Shown: piece by piece, positions 14,643 to 27,076 of the stretch | How the letters are laid out: every line of letters begins with the position of its first letter | How positions within the stretch are numbered: position 1 is the first letter of the stretch | DNA from: Seison nebaliae | Lineage: Eukaryota | Length of the DNA stretch: 61,522 bases | Direction: 5' to 3' | Assembly (NCBI GenBank): GCA_023231475.1 | Contig: JALJEE010001766.1 | Location: forward strand, 62,001 to 123,522 | The notes under the pieces: model-generated | The model's database searches: none | Told to the model about the DNA's origin: nothing | The model's input: only the letters and a program-made list of their open reading frames with translations | Program-made: the position numbers and the translations under genes

Positions 14643-15890
14643 ATGAATCAAAAGGATATTCGTCGAGTCAATCGAATAACATTCAATGAATTAGGTGACT
14701 GTTTCACCACCGCCTCTAATTCAGCTGTTAATATTTATGAAGTGAATCCTTTACAATTATTGACATGTATCGATTATAATTTGATTGGATCGGTCGAGTT
14801 CGCTCAAGTCCTCAATCATTCCAATATAATCATCTTTTGTTCAGGAGCACAAACGCATAGTCGATTCAATCCACATACATTAATCGTTTGGAATGATCAG
14901 AGTCAATCCGTCGTCTTCAGTTATGTGGTGAAGGAGATGGTGATGAATGGAAGAATATTGAAGAATCAACTCATTATTATAACATTGAATACGATATACA
15001 TTTTCCGATTTCCACCAATTTTCACAGATGATGGAAATAATGAAAATTTTTTAAAAGAAACAAATTCAAATGTAAATTTATTATCGAAATTATCGACAGG
15101 TGAAAATCGATTAGGTCTGTTCGATGTCCACGAATTGTACGAAATTCATCAATTACTCGTTTTTCCTGATAAGAAGAAAGGATCCGTTCATATTATCGAT
15201 CTATTCCGATTGAATGAGACTCAAGATGAAACTTATGTAAGCCATATCAATTATTCATTACAAGCTCATGAACATGAATTATCATCAATTAAATTATCGA
15301 TCGATCAAAAACTTTTGGCAACTGCTTCCTCAACTGGAACATTAATCCGATTATTCAATCCGTTAAAACGGGAATGTCTTTTAGAATTACGTCGGGGATT
15401 GGAATTTTCTCGAATTTATTCAATCGACATCTCCCCACAAAACCGTTATCTGGCGATCAGCAGCGATCGTTCCACGATACACATTTGGTGGATTGGGGAA
15501 GTGAATCATCCGACTCAAAAGTATGTGGGAAAATCAATGAAGAATTATCTGATAGCTCCAACACTCAATTACGCAAAGAAAATGTATAAAGATATCGCTA
15601 AAACGATGAATGATCCAACAGATCCATCGAACTTAATCGAAGAAGTTAAATTGATGGCACCGGTTTGTTCCAAAGTTCAATTAGAATCTATTGCCAAATA
15701 TACCGTCAGAACAGAACATCCTTCATTGGTGAAATTCTTGAAGAATCCTAATCAATTCGATGTTTTAAGAGTCGCTACCGTTTGCTACAATGGCGATGTT
15801 TATTATCATCAGGTCGATCTGCAAAATTATCATTCATATCGTTATGATTTCTGCAATTTCTCCGACGTGCCTGACAATGACTCTTTCTAA
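14643..15890 (+). CDS. WDR45: PROPPIN WD40 protein WIPI3/WIPI4 (WDR45 family)
   Basis: LQAH..LLATASSTGTLIRLF..ELRRG..SSDRSTIHIW; the LRRG phosphoinositide motif is typical of WIPI3/4. A possible short upstream exon lies near 14555. Confidence 0.88.
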   Translation: MNQKDIRRVNRITFNELGDCFTTASNSAVNIYEVNPLQLLTCIDYNLIGSVEFAQVLNHSNIIIFCSGAQTHSRFNPHTLIVWNDQSQSVVFSYVVKEMVMNGRILKNQLIIITLNTIYIFRFPPIFTDDGNNENFLKETNSNVNLLSKLSTGENRLGLFDVHELYEIHQLLVFPDKKKGSVHIIDLFRLNETQDETYVSHINYSLQAHEHELSSIKLSIDQKLLATASSTGTLIRLFNPLKRECLLELRRGLEFSRIYSIDISPQNRYLAISSDRSTIHIWWIGEVNHPTQKYVGKSMKNYLIAPTLNYAKKMYKDIAKTMNDPTDPSNLIEEVKLMAPVCSKVQLESIAKYTVRTEHPSLVKFLKNPNQFDVLRVATVCYNGDVYYHQVDLQNYHSYRYDFCNFSDVPDNDSF

Positions 15891-16482
15891 CTTAAATTTG
15901 TTTCTTCTTTTTTCTAAATTTCATTCAATAATCATTTATTATTCTTAATTGTCTTGATGAGAAATTTTGTGCTCAAACTAAAATTTTTACTTGCCGAGTA
16001 AAATTTCGAAATGTTTTTACACATAGTATTATTCTTAGAATTTTTAAGTAACTCTTTAGTTAGATACATTGAGTTAAGAGAGTGCAATGTGTTATAAAGT
16101 TATTAGTTAGATAATTAGAATGGGGAGTTAACTGTCCATTGAAATGATCAGATAGGATAATCGTTTATTGAGAACATTTTGAGTGAGTAACTTTTTTTAC
16201 AGTTTCTCTCTGTATGAGTTTGGGAGGGAAGTGAGGAGAGAGGAATGTATTTTATCAATAAAATTAATTTTAACATTGCTGGACAACAACAGACTATTCT
16301 TTCGAAGTACATATGCTGCATATCATTCACTTAATTTCTGAATGTACTATATGGATGGAAGAGTAGAGGGTGAAATAAAATTTCTATCACCGAATGCTTG
16401 TATACTAACAAAGTAGAGTGTATTGGAAGAGGAAACCACTTCCTTCTACAGCCATATTTCAGTATGAATGCATGTGTGTGCT

Positions 16483-16484
<2 letters not shown>

Positions 16485-16514
<30 letters not shown>
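16485..16514. repeat. (TG)15 microsatellite
   Basis: Perfect TG dinucleotide run. Confidence 0.95.
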
Positions 16515-16515
<1 letters not shown>

Positions 16516-17533
16516 TAGCAGTCGGTGTGAATAAGTGAATAAAGGGATATCAAATTGTGTAAATAATAAATTGTGTATCCTACATATAATGATGTACGAG
16601 TAAGTTAGCATCAGTGTATGTGTATGTCGATTTGATATTAGAAGATTCTTCTCGTACATGTCTACGAATCGTAGTGTTGTAGTTCGTTTCCCAGTCGATA
16701 TACAGATGCATGTTTCACGTTTATCATGTACTCAATTCTATACACTTCATCATCATATACCTCATATCTTCCTGATGCCTCACCCGAATAGATATTGTGC
16801 ATATTCTTTCATTGTTAAAGAATGAATTTGAATCTTCTTCTCTCGAAGTGATTAGGAAAATAAATATCATCAATAAACATTCAGAAATTCCTCTAAATTG
16901 ACGTTGTCCATTTCTCGATGCTCTTGAAAAAAAAAATGATTAAACTTTTTAATTATTATCTCGTTCGTCTTAATTAAATTATTTATTCCATCCAACTTTA
17001 CTTATTTATTCAATGACTTCTGTTCCTTATTATTGGAAGGAGGTCAATATTTCGTGGAAGTACTTCTACTACATCTTTTCCGTCTTTTATGTTCATTAAT
17101 TATATTTTATTAGAAGTTGAAGAGAGAAGTAGAGGAAACTTATCACTTAAACAATTTTTCATAATTTTGCCTTTTTCATTCATTTCGTTTAATAAAAAGA
17201 GGTCGGTTTAATCGATTAACCAAAATTAACTTTCTCATTTTCAATCTTACTTATTTCGCTTAGTTTCTCTCGAAGGTACTTCTCACATATACACACCTAA
17301 TCGTGCTAGTAATACGTCATACAACTCACTTGTATTATATGTCCTTATCATATTAATCAAGTCGTGTATCTTGTCGTTTGCTATTGTATCGATTTCTTAT
17401 TACTCAATTATAATTCATACTCATCTATTTACTAAAGGAAATTATATAAATTCTACATAATTTATTTATTTCATTTAATTACCTATCGATTACGAAAGTT
17501 TGTACATTTGCGTCTTTCCATCGTCTGTGCCTA

Positions 17534-17575
17534 TGTGTATGTGTGTGTGTGTGTGTGTGTGTATGTGCGTGTGCG
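17534..17575. repeat. Imperfect (TG)n microsatellite
   Basis: TG run with TA/CG interruptions. Confidence 0.9.
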
Positions 17576-18495
17576 TTAAAGTTTCAAAGTAACTAACTAG
17601 TAGAATTCTTGCTGCCTACTTTCATTTTTTTTTTTGAAAAATGTGAAAAAATGGAAAAATTATTTTCGTAAATATTAGAAGTTAGCGGTTGGTGTTTGGA
17701 AAGGGAAAGAAATTGAAACAGTTTTTAAATGGAAACACGAACGGAAACAGAAATTAAGATTAAAAATTTTCATTTTCATTCATCCTTACATCACCTTATC
17801 CCAATATTTTTTGTTTGCTGGGCATCTCACCCAAGTTTCCCTTTATTCACACCACTATCATAGGAGAAAGAGAATCTAATGAATTTTCTTTTTTTCTAGC
17901 ACTTTATCTTCTATCCCTACAACAACCATATTCGTTCGATTCTACTCCTGTTCGATATTGGTTCTTCATATTTAGTTGATTCAGAAGATTTCGTCCAACA
18001 CTTATTCTAATACTTTAGTTTATTCGCTTTTACTCGATAACACACTATGAGTTATCTCAACGATTCTCAAGTTCTTTCACTTCCTCCATAATTTTCTTTC
18101 GAATACCATCTTTTTTTTCTTTCATTTATCTTTTTAATTTTCAGAATATATCGAATTTTTGTTGTTGTAAAATGAGTTTTATTGAAATTTTATTTGGATA
18201 TAGATTCTTTCTCTCATTCTTTCCTTTCCTTTCTTGCTTTTCTCCTATTTTTGTTTCTTTTTTCCGCCTCTCAAATTCATTTCTGTGAATTGGTCCAACT
18301 ATTGTTCCTACAGTTTCTATGAAAATTTGAAGAGATTGAACAAAAAAATAACAATAATCGGATAAAGAGAACTATTCTAGTTTGTGGTGAGAACATATTG
18401 AGAATCATCGACTTATTCATCTATCTCTCATCTATTATTATTGTGAAATATCAAAAATCTTTTTTATCAAATCCAAATTAATTCAATCAATTTAG

Positions 18496-20498
18496 ACGAA
18501 CTTAACCAATCTCAAAACCAGTCTCTATTCCAACGTTCCAATAATCGAGGTGGAGGAGAGACTGATGAAAACAGAAGCAGCAGCTGGTGACCAAGGGAAA
18601 GGTGATGCTACACAAGCATGCACAAGTACTCCGGTAACACATCCAGATGGTACTCCATCACGTGTGATTCATATAAGGAATCTCCCTCCAGATACGACGG
18701 ATGTAGATCTGTTGCAATTCGGCTCGAAGTTTGGCGAAGTTGTTAATCTGTTATATTTGAAGGGGAAGAATCAGGCCTTCCTCGAAATGAATTCGTTGGA
18801 CAACGCACAACGTCTCGTCAAACATTATACGACCACTCAGGGTTTAATCCGATCGCGACCAGTTTTCGTACAATTCTCCAACCATCAGAAACTCAAAACG
18901 AACTCCTCAACTACTGATCGTATTGGTCGGAATGATGATGGAGAAATAGAAGCCGTTTTACCAAGTCCAGTACTTCGAGCTATCATTCATCATTTACTTT
19001 ATCCGGTGACTTTGGAAGTCTTCCAAACAATCTTTTCTAAATATGGACCAGTTCTTCGAATTATCACATTCAATCGGAATGACCGATTTCAAGCATTGAT
19101 CGAAATGAAAGACGCTAAATGTGCAGCTGATGCTAAGAAAGTTTCATTTCTCATCATTATTCCTCTACATAATTTCCTCTTTCCAGGCGTTACATGGCCA
19201 AAACATTTACACGGCCTGTTGTACTCTACAATTGGAATATTCGAAATTACAATCGTTGACAGTCAAATATAATAACGATAAATCTTGTGATTTTACCAAC
19301 ATGGAAGGTTAGTTAATTTGTTGTTTATTTGAAGATGTTTAAATGTAATTTATAATTTAGCGAATCATAAAACTGCTCAAGATGTTTGGACGAACTCTTA
19401 TCCATCACAAAATCCGATGCAGACGAATACTCAATTGAGCGCTTTACAATTAGTTGCCGCCTTACATCCATTAGTTTAATAATTATTTTGTTGAATAAAT
19501 TTTTTTCAACTCAAATCATCTATAGCAATATGTCAATCCACCTAATCAAGGTGCATCCTCCTCCAATTCCAATGCTCTCTCACCAATGCATTTAATTAAT
19601 TTAAATTCTCAGTTAGCTCCACACATCAATACGATTGTTAGCACTTGTACGTATGTCTCCCATAATCACTTTCCAGCAGTTACTCAGCACAGGCAAAGTG
19701 TTATTAGTCACAAATCTCAATGACGATCTAGTTACGTTGGATGGACTTTTCACTTTGTTTGGTGTTTATGGTGATGTTTATCGAGTGAAGATCCTTTATC
19801 AAAATAAGACACAAGCATTGGTCGAATTTAGTACGACTCAAGGAATGGTAACTGGTTAGATATTAATTCTCTTTCACCTTCTCTTTCAACCTAATTCTTC
19901 AGCTAAAAGTAATCTGGATGATGTGAGATTGTGGGGGAAGAATATCAAAATTTTCCATTCGAAATATACGGTCGTCCAAATGCCTAAGGACAATCAAGTT
20001 TCTTTTGAAATAAATTTATTCTTCTCAATTTCCTTCTAACATTTCTGAACCTGAAGGATGCCGGTCTAACCAAGGATTACACGTCATCCAATCTTCATCG
20101 TTTCAAGAAACCGAGAAGCAAAAATTTCAATAACATCTTCCCACCATCTCAATATTTACATCTATCGAATATACCGTTACATTTAATATAATTTATTCAT
20201 TTCATATCAGTTCATTGTTAATTATAGTCCAAAAGTGAATGAAGGTCAAATAATTGAAGCGTTCGGTCGTTATGGAACAGTCAAAACATTCAGATTCTTC
20301 CCTACCGATCAGAAGATGGGTGTGATTCAAATGTCATCGATCGAAGAAGCATTACATGCACTCATTGTTAGAAATTTCTTATATATCAATAATTTTTTAT
20401 TTTCAAATTATCATCTCTCAATTAATGCACAGGGAATGCACAATTGTCAATTAGTCAATGGAATTCATCTGAGAGTGACATTCTCGAAAGCTCATTAA
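18496..20498 (+). CDS. PTBP1: Polypyrimidine tract-binding protein (4 RRMs), at least 9 exons; 5' end uncertain (acceptor at 18495, first ATG 18565)
   Basis: [21 protein letters not shown] (RRM1), [19 protein letters not shown] (RRM2), [17 protein letters not shown] (RRM3), [27 protein letters not shown] (RRM4). Confidence 0.93.
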
Positions 20499-20838
20499 AA
20501 TTATTTATTAGAACGTCAAAAAAAGTAAAGGAAAAAAAAAGAAAAATTAATTAAATTATCCCTTAATTATGAATCAATTATTTCATCAATTAAATTAAGT
20601 ATTGAATTTTTCTCTCGTCGTCATGGTCACACGACAAGTATTTCTGTGAAATAATATTTTAACTCAAATCTCGAACGTCAGCGCGATCAATTCATTTTCC
20701 TTTTTCCCGTTTCATTATATAATTTTTTTTTTGTAATAATTTTTTTTTCGATACGATCGATATTCGACACAAAACAAAATTATTTTATATAATAAATTTC
20801 ATTTTAAAAATTCTTTTAATTCCTTTTAATTCAATTAA

Positions 20839-22884
20839 TCAAATGATGTTAAGTAATGATTGAATTTCGCTATCTAATGACACCACATCGCATTTTGGCC
20901 ATCTGAAAAAATTGATTAGAAACGAAAGAAGGAAACAAATTTCTCACTTCGTCCAAATAAGCCGAACGATATTTGGAATTTTTATATCTTGCTCTACGAA
21001 TTGCATATAGTATGGTAGTTTCTGCATAGCAGTATCTCCATAATTGTTGACAGTATCAATAAATAATCGAACAAATGAATTTAGTCCATCAAGACCATTA
21101 TAATAATTCAATTGAAATCGATGTTCCAATCGCCAATTTCTTAACAATTCACCGTTCGTACTAAAGAGTATTCCGAAATTATAATTATCGATCAACGTCA
21201 CCCAAATCGGATACATCGGCGTTTTTAACATTGATCCCACCTAAATAATTTTATCGAATAAAATTTGTTGATTTATATATTATATATTAATAATGAGAAA
21301 TAACTTCATCGGGATTTTTCTTCTTCAAATGAATTTTTTGAAGGAAAACATCTTTAACTTGATGTTTCTTCTCTTTCTCATCATCTTCTTCCACTTCTTC
21401 CGTCTCTTCCAAAAGTTGATTTTGAATTAAATTTTCTTGAGTCACATGTCTCAAGAAACCGATATCTGATCTCGAATGAACACCGAGCGATGGTCTCTCC
21501 TTTAAAAGGAACAATGGAAATTTATAGATGTCAATCTAACCATCGGTTCTCCATCGTCATCAAATTCAATGTTTCCGTTATGAACATTAGCAACGGCATA
21601 GCCGGTTAATGCCAATAAGATCAAATCCACCCGACATTCTTCATATACTCCCAAAATTCGAATGTTATTGTCAATGATACAGGAATGTTGTATCGAAATT
21701 TTCGAACTACTATCTGATTTTGTATAATCAGAATAATTCTGATCCTCTATCAATCTAAAACAACTTTCTTAAAATACGACAAGAGAATAAAGATAAACCC
21801 CTCGATAGTTCTAGTTAGGAGAAGCGAATATAAAAATAAAAGAACACCACCAGGTCGAGTGAACCATTCGAGATGGTCCGTCAAGAATTGGAATGCTTCC
21901 TCTCTTGAATGAAATTTATAGATGAGCAACTACGAAAAATGGATTAAGTGTTAGAAAATAATTCTAATACTAATTCGGTAAAACCGTCAGAACGGTAAGA
22001 TTGAGTTGTTTTTACTGATGGATGTCGTCCTGTAAGGACGATATTAACGAAACGATTCTCAGTTGTATTGGCACATTTCCATAAGCAATCTGTCAAAGCG
22101 TGAGCTAATGCCATTTTTCTTTGAGGTTCAGTTGGTTGGAAACTGGAAAAATGTTGACGGTTTTTCATTAGACAAATTAAAGGAAACCCAGGTAAAAAGT
22201 CTGTTTGATCAATTCCCGTAAAGAATAATCTTTTTGTTATATGTGCTTGAATTGCCAAAATTAAACCACGGGCGGTCGTCTTTAAAATTTGAAAAATTTC
22301 AAAAACTTCATATAAAAATTAAATTTCAAAACTCGACCAGAATATTTCAAAGACCAGGGACATTCCGAATACATTGATCGGAATTCGAAAGCAGCATTCC
22401 TCCAATCTGTAGCTATCGGATGAATGATACTTCCTACGGTAACTAATCTCAATAAAGTGGCTGATTCCGTATCGATCGGAATACCGTTAGCAGGTGCAGT
22501 CATGTCAACTCGTCGAACTGTTTGTCCTAATTTAAATTTCTTTATTCGATCTATAACGAAATGGTAGAGAGAGTAGAAGAAAATGATCGAACTAAAGTCG
22601 TATAAATTCTCATCGGAATCTACTGATTGTTCTTTTGGCATGAATAATTCAAGTTGTGCAATTCTCTAATTTAATCGAATTAGACGGTATTGTTAAAAAT
22701 GTGACATGCAAACCTGGTTCAAGGCTTCCGACGAACGAAAGAAGGAATTGCATTCTTGCAGAATCTTTTCATCGAATTCTTTTGGTGTTGTTTCTTCCTC
22801 TATAATTGGCGGACCGATGGATGACATTTCGTCGACAGATACGTCGCCAATTGTGTCGAACGTCACTTCATCCATTTCGGACAT
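20839..22884 (-). CDS. MINDY4B: MINDY4B-like (DUF4205) probable inactive deubiquitinase, multi-exon
   Basis: GGVLFIYSLLLTR, LILLALTGYAVANVHNG, RSDIGFL, VGSMLKTPMYPIWV, IWTKWP. The catalytic GPCG loop reads TTARG. Confidence 0.78.
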
Positions 22885-22972
22885 GTTTTAAAGAGAATTA
22901 AGAAGAAATTGAAAATATTCCAAAAAAATTTTATTTCGATTAAAAAATTTGTATAGAAATCTTTTTGACTTT

Positions 22973-22986
22973 GTTGATATGACAAC
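22973..22986. promoter_or_regulatory. RFX X-box-like palindrome between the divergent MINDY4B and GUCD1 genes
   Basis: GTTGATATGACAAC, one mismatch to the X-box consensus, about 90-100 bp upstream of the MINDY4B ATG. Confidence 0.45.
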
Positions 22987-23168
22987 AATGTGGAATTGGG
23001 GGGCGATTCATTATACGTAGTAGTTGAAGGAGAATAATAATTGAAAGAAATTTCAACAAATTAAATGAGAGTGACAAATCTTCATTTTAATAAAATAAGC
23101 TTAATTCGATTTGTGAAAGTTGATAAGTTGCATAATATAATAAACAATTGGCTAGTTTTCTATTTGGA

Positions 23169-24100
23169 ATGATGAAGGATCCTATTCTACCACATTCCAA
23201 ACAGAAATACGATTGGGATTGTGGAATTGCCTGTTCTCAAATGATTCTCAGGTTCGACTTTCTTCTCCATAATATTTTCCCTAAAATAAAGGAAAAAGTT
23301 TTTTTTACTTCTTTCTAATGTTTTTTCTTCCACATGAAAATGTTCTGATGTTAATTTCATTTTTATGGTATAGTTTTATGGAATTATATGACGCGAACAA
23401 ACTGAAACGAACAATGAGAGACACATTAAATTTATCGACGAACATTTGGACAATCGATTTAGCTGTGATATTATACTTGATGGGAATGGACCGTCAATCG
23501 ATGAAATTCTTTTCCATTTATGCTGGTGCCAATCCCAAACATAAAGAAATGTCATTCTACAGGAACACTAGTCATGAGGACGATGAAATTCGAATTAATT
23601 TGTTATTCCATGTTAATTCCATTTTTCTCATTCATAAATTCATTATCTCCATTCTTCAGTCTTTAATTCATGAAAAGAATTCATTATTGATCGAAGTGAA
23701 ACATTTAACAATTCAAGACATCATTCAGGAAATGAAATCTTCATATCGATGTGTCTGCATCGCTCTAATCGATGCGACTAAAATGCATTGTGAATGGTGC
23801 ACAAAAGGATGCACTGGATTAGATTCGTGCATACAATTGTGCAACAAATCGATGGGACCATGTCTCCACGGTCTTTTAGGATATTGTGGTCATTTTATTT
23901 TGATAGAAGAATTTGATGAAGAAAAAGAATTTATTTATTATCACAATCCTGCTACTAAACAAGAATTATGTTGTACCACATTCAAACAATTTGAAAAGGG
24001 TAGAACAGCAATAGGCACTGACGAAGATTTATTATTCGTTCCACTTAAAACTCCAACAATTACACAACCCAAACATTTGTACGAAAGAGAATCAATTTAA
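23169..24100 (+). CDS. GUCD1: Protein GUCD1 (C39 peptidase-like fold)
   Basis: QKYDWDCGIACSQMIL, NIWTIDLA, YCGHFILI, YYHNP, RTAIGTDEDLLF. Intron 23252-23373 plus a probable in-frame 48-nt intron near 23612. Confidence 0.9.
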
Positions 24101-25117
24101 ATTCGCTAATTTCTTATTTATCGTCGTATGAAGTTGTTTTGTGATGGATTGATTGAAATTTTCTATATTCGTCATCGCAACATTCGATTGATTGAACGAA
24201 GAGAATAACTGACAATAATAACAACAACAACAATTACAATGATAATGAATCGAAAGTTTCTAAACTTTAAATCGATATGGATTCATCTCATCGTAACTCA
24301 TATCGTAAATCAATTCGAGATCTTCATATTTTGTCGGTTCGGGTCGATGATATTGTTGAATAAATAATTCATTCACATTCAACTCATTGTCCAATAAGAA
24401 ATCTTCGTTTAAATTTCGAACAATATTCAAAAGAAATGTTCGAATATTCTCATCCATTCCACCCACTACTATATACCCAACGAAATTCTTTCAAAATCAT
24501 TTCACAAAAAATTCACTCACTTTCTTTCTTTCCACTCATTAAATTGATGTGTATATACCAAGTTTCCCAACTGATCTCCTGATTGATGAAAAGTGAACGA
24601 TCATTCAGGTAGAAATCTAATCTGATCTATTCTCATTACATTCTTAGGAAGATATTATTTAAATTAAAATAAACGTAATTTTTATCATTGGATTGATTGA
24701 ATAAATCTCTCTTGAAATTGTCGACGAAACTATTTACTTCTTTTATTAATTTCGGAGATTTGATACATAACTAAAATAATTTGATGATATTTTATCGGAG
24801 TTAATTAATTAATATTATTTCAATTAACATAAGAGATGTTGGTTGAAGAAAATGAATAATTCTCATATTCAATTTGATGCGTCTTCTCATTTTCATGAAA
24901 TTTCATTCGACATCGATTGAACAATATTGTATGTATAGCAGCTATTTCATCAATTACCAATCATACCACAAATGGAAAACGAGAAACCTTTACATAAATC
25001 TTCCACATTTCTTCCATCAGTTTTCTATTTAAATTGATTGTCAGATCAAATTCAACAAACATTACTAACCACTTCCAATTTGATAACTCTTGTTTTCTTC
25101 AGTTTATGATCAAGCAT
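24092..25117 (-). CDS. ATG101: Autophagy-related protein 101 (HORMA domain), 7 exons, mostly invisible in the ORF track
   Basis: The spliced protein LEVKTDGRNVEDLCKAAIHTILFNR..ISYLCIKSPKL..RLDFY..ISWETWYIHI..LNIVRNLN..MNPYRFK parallels ATG101 LEVSVEGRQVEE..VLHTVLLHR..LEFY..IPWEVW..QPYLYK. Confidence 0.85.
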
Positions 25118-25592
25118 CTTCACGATGATAATATTTTATTATCATCAGCCAAACATTCTAAAAACCGATCAACTTTGACGGTCGTTCAAGATACCGTTAT
25201 TTAATTTTTTAGTTTCCCTGGTTACAAATTTAAATTTTGTATTAATCGAACACCAAATAAAAAAATTACATTCAAATTAGTCGTATTCGATAATCTGGAG
25301 ATTATTTAACGATTTTATTCAAGTAAAATCATCGATCAATGAAATTTTACGTCTGTTCTTTAATGGTTGTAAGAAAATTGAATTGAAACAATTTGAGAAA
25401 CATTTTTTTATTTGACGCATGAAAATATTGAAGATAAAAATATCCCAGTTATTTTAAAAACAAAATTTTTTTCATCTGATATTTATTAACATCACATATT
25501 TTGAACAATATTCTTAAAATGACTTACAATTTATACCATTTATATGCAAAAACCGGATGATAACAGGATTGGTACGAAACGAAGATAGAAAG

Positions 25593-25982
25593 TTAAAGTT
25601 CTGATGATGGGAAATTTTCCCGTAGTAAAATATTTCTTGTTCCTTGAATTCGACGTGTTTGAACGTGTTTGCTAATCGATTCAATTTTTCTGGGTACATC
25701 ATTGAGAAGTCTTTCTTTAAGTATTTGGAAACTTGACGCGTTCACCACGTAGGTTAACCGGCCGAATGTTTTTATTTCACTGATAGATTCATCGAGAATG
25801 AAGTTATCGGCAGGAGAATTTGAGGTGATATTTTGGCGAGTGAAGTTTTTGAAATTGACATGAATCGGCACGTTATCAGATATGATTTGAAGTCGTTTGG
25901 TTGAGTATATCGAGATACAGTTAGCAGTATTAAAAAAGAATAAGTAGAAAATGGAGAAGTACGTGACGAATTTGAGAGCCAT
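25593..25982 (-). CDS. Small secreted orphan protein
   Basis: Signal-peptide-like MALKFVTYFSIFYLFFFNTANC and several N-glycosylation sequons (NFT, NIT, NAS). No recognisable domain. Confidence 0.5.
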   Translation of the reverse strand: MALKFVTYFSIFYLFFFNTANCISIYSTKRLQIISDNVPIHVNFKNFTRQNITSNSPADNFILDESISEIKTFGRLTYVVNASSFQILKERLLNDVPRKIESISKHVQTRRIQGTRNILLRENFPSSEL

Positions 25983-26136
25983 ATGAGAATGAGAGGAGAG
26001 AAAGAGAAAGAATAGAAAAGGAAAAAGAAAAAGGTAAAATGGATTTTCTTTCAACTTATTCAATTTATATATTTCCCTTAACTGATGTGAGTTTATTGAA
26101 CAAAACAATAAAAAAAATGAAATTTAAATTCAACAA

Positions 26137-26640
26137 TTAATCTCTCATTGTTCTAACTAAATTTTTTGGTTGGACAAATGAATGATCCATCGCTCTCAAT
26201 CTTTCTGCTCGTTCCTTCAACCGTTTTTTTATATCTCGTTCTGGTAGTGCATAATAGAGAGCCAGTTTCTTCCTATGTTTCCTTTTAACAATTTTCGTGC
26301 TATTACTATAATCAATATGGTTTCTTCGTTTAATTTTCCTTCGTTTTTTTTCTTCTTCTTCATCTTCTTCTTCATCATCGTTCTCCTCATCATTAACCGG
26401 TTTATGAATAGGTTTCGAAAGTTGAGGAGGGTTTGGCGCGACATTTGTACGAACAAAATCGGATTCAGCACGTACGAAATTATCGAGTTTAGCACCCTCG
26501 TCATTTAACTGGTTTGATGGTTGTTTATTATTTATAGGTTCTGAATTCAAATCAGACTTTGCGCTCGATATTGCCACAGATTCCATCATTTGCACAAACA
26601 TTAGTAAGAAAATGAGAGAGAGGAATAATAGACGTTGCAT
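26137..26640 (-). CDS. Secreted orphan protein with acidic tract and polybasic sites (possible prohormone)
   Basis: Signal peptide MQRLLFLSLIFLLMFVQMMES, a D/E run, and KKRRK/KRR/KR sites. Confidence 0.6.
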   Translation of the reverse strand: MQRLLFLSLIFLLMFVQMMESVAISSAKSDLNSEPINNKQPSNQLNDEGAKLDNFVRAESDFVRTNVAPNPPQLSKPIHKPVNDEENDDEEEDEEEEKKRRKIKRRNHIDYSNSTKIVKRKHRKKLALYYALPERDIKKRLKERAERLRAMDHSFVQPKNLVRTMRD

Positions 26641-27076
26641 AGATGAGAGTAAAAAAAAGAAAGAATTGGAAAGTCATCTTGTTTTCAGTTTCTTTTAATT
26701 TTTTATTATTCCATAACTTTTCCCAGAGAAAATTCAAATTTGGTCAGAAAATACTCACTTTTTAAGATCAGAATTGAAATAAAAATTTTAATATTTAGAT
26801 AAATTTATCAAAATCGAGAAATGCTCAACGAAATTTAGAAGTAGAAAATATTAATTGGAAAATTAATTATTAATTTGATGTTGAATTACGATGGTCTCCA
26901 TAATATAATGTTCCCTTGATTTTTGGTTCGTTACCACGAATTATTTACAATTATTTTACTGACATTTCCATTTAAGATTAGATCCATATAATTTGTCGTT
27001 TAATGAAAAGAAGTAATCGATAAGAATCGGAAGATGTGAAGATTTTTTCTATTGTCATTTGTCATTTGAATGTAAT

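Noticed and set aside
14643..25117. Autophagy gene cluster (WIPI3/4 plus ATG101)
   Set aside because: Separated by unrelated genes; co-location is plausible by chance.
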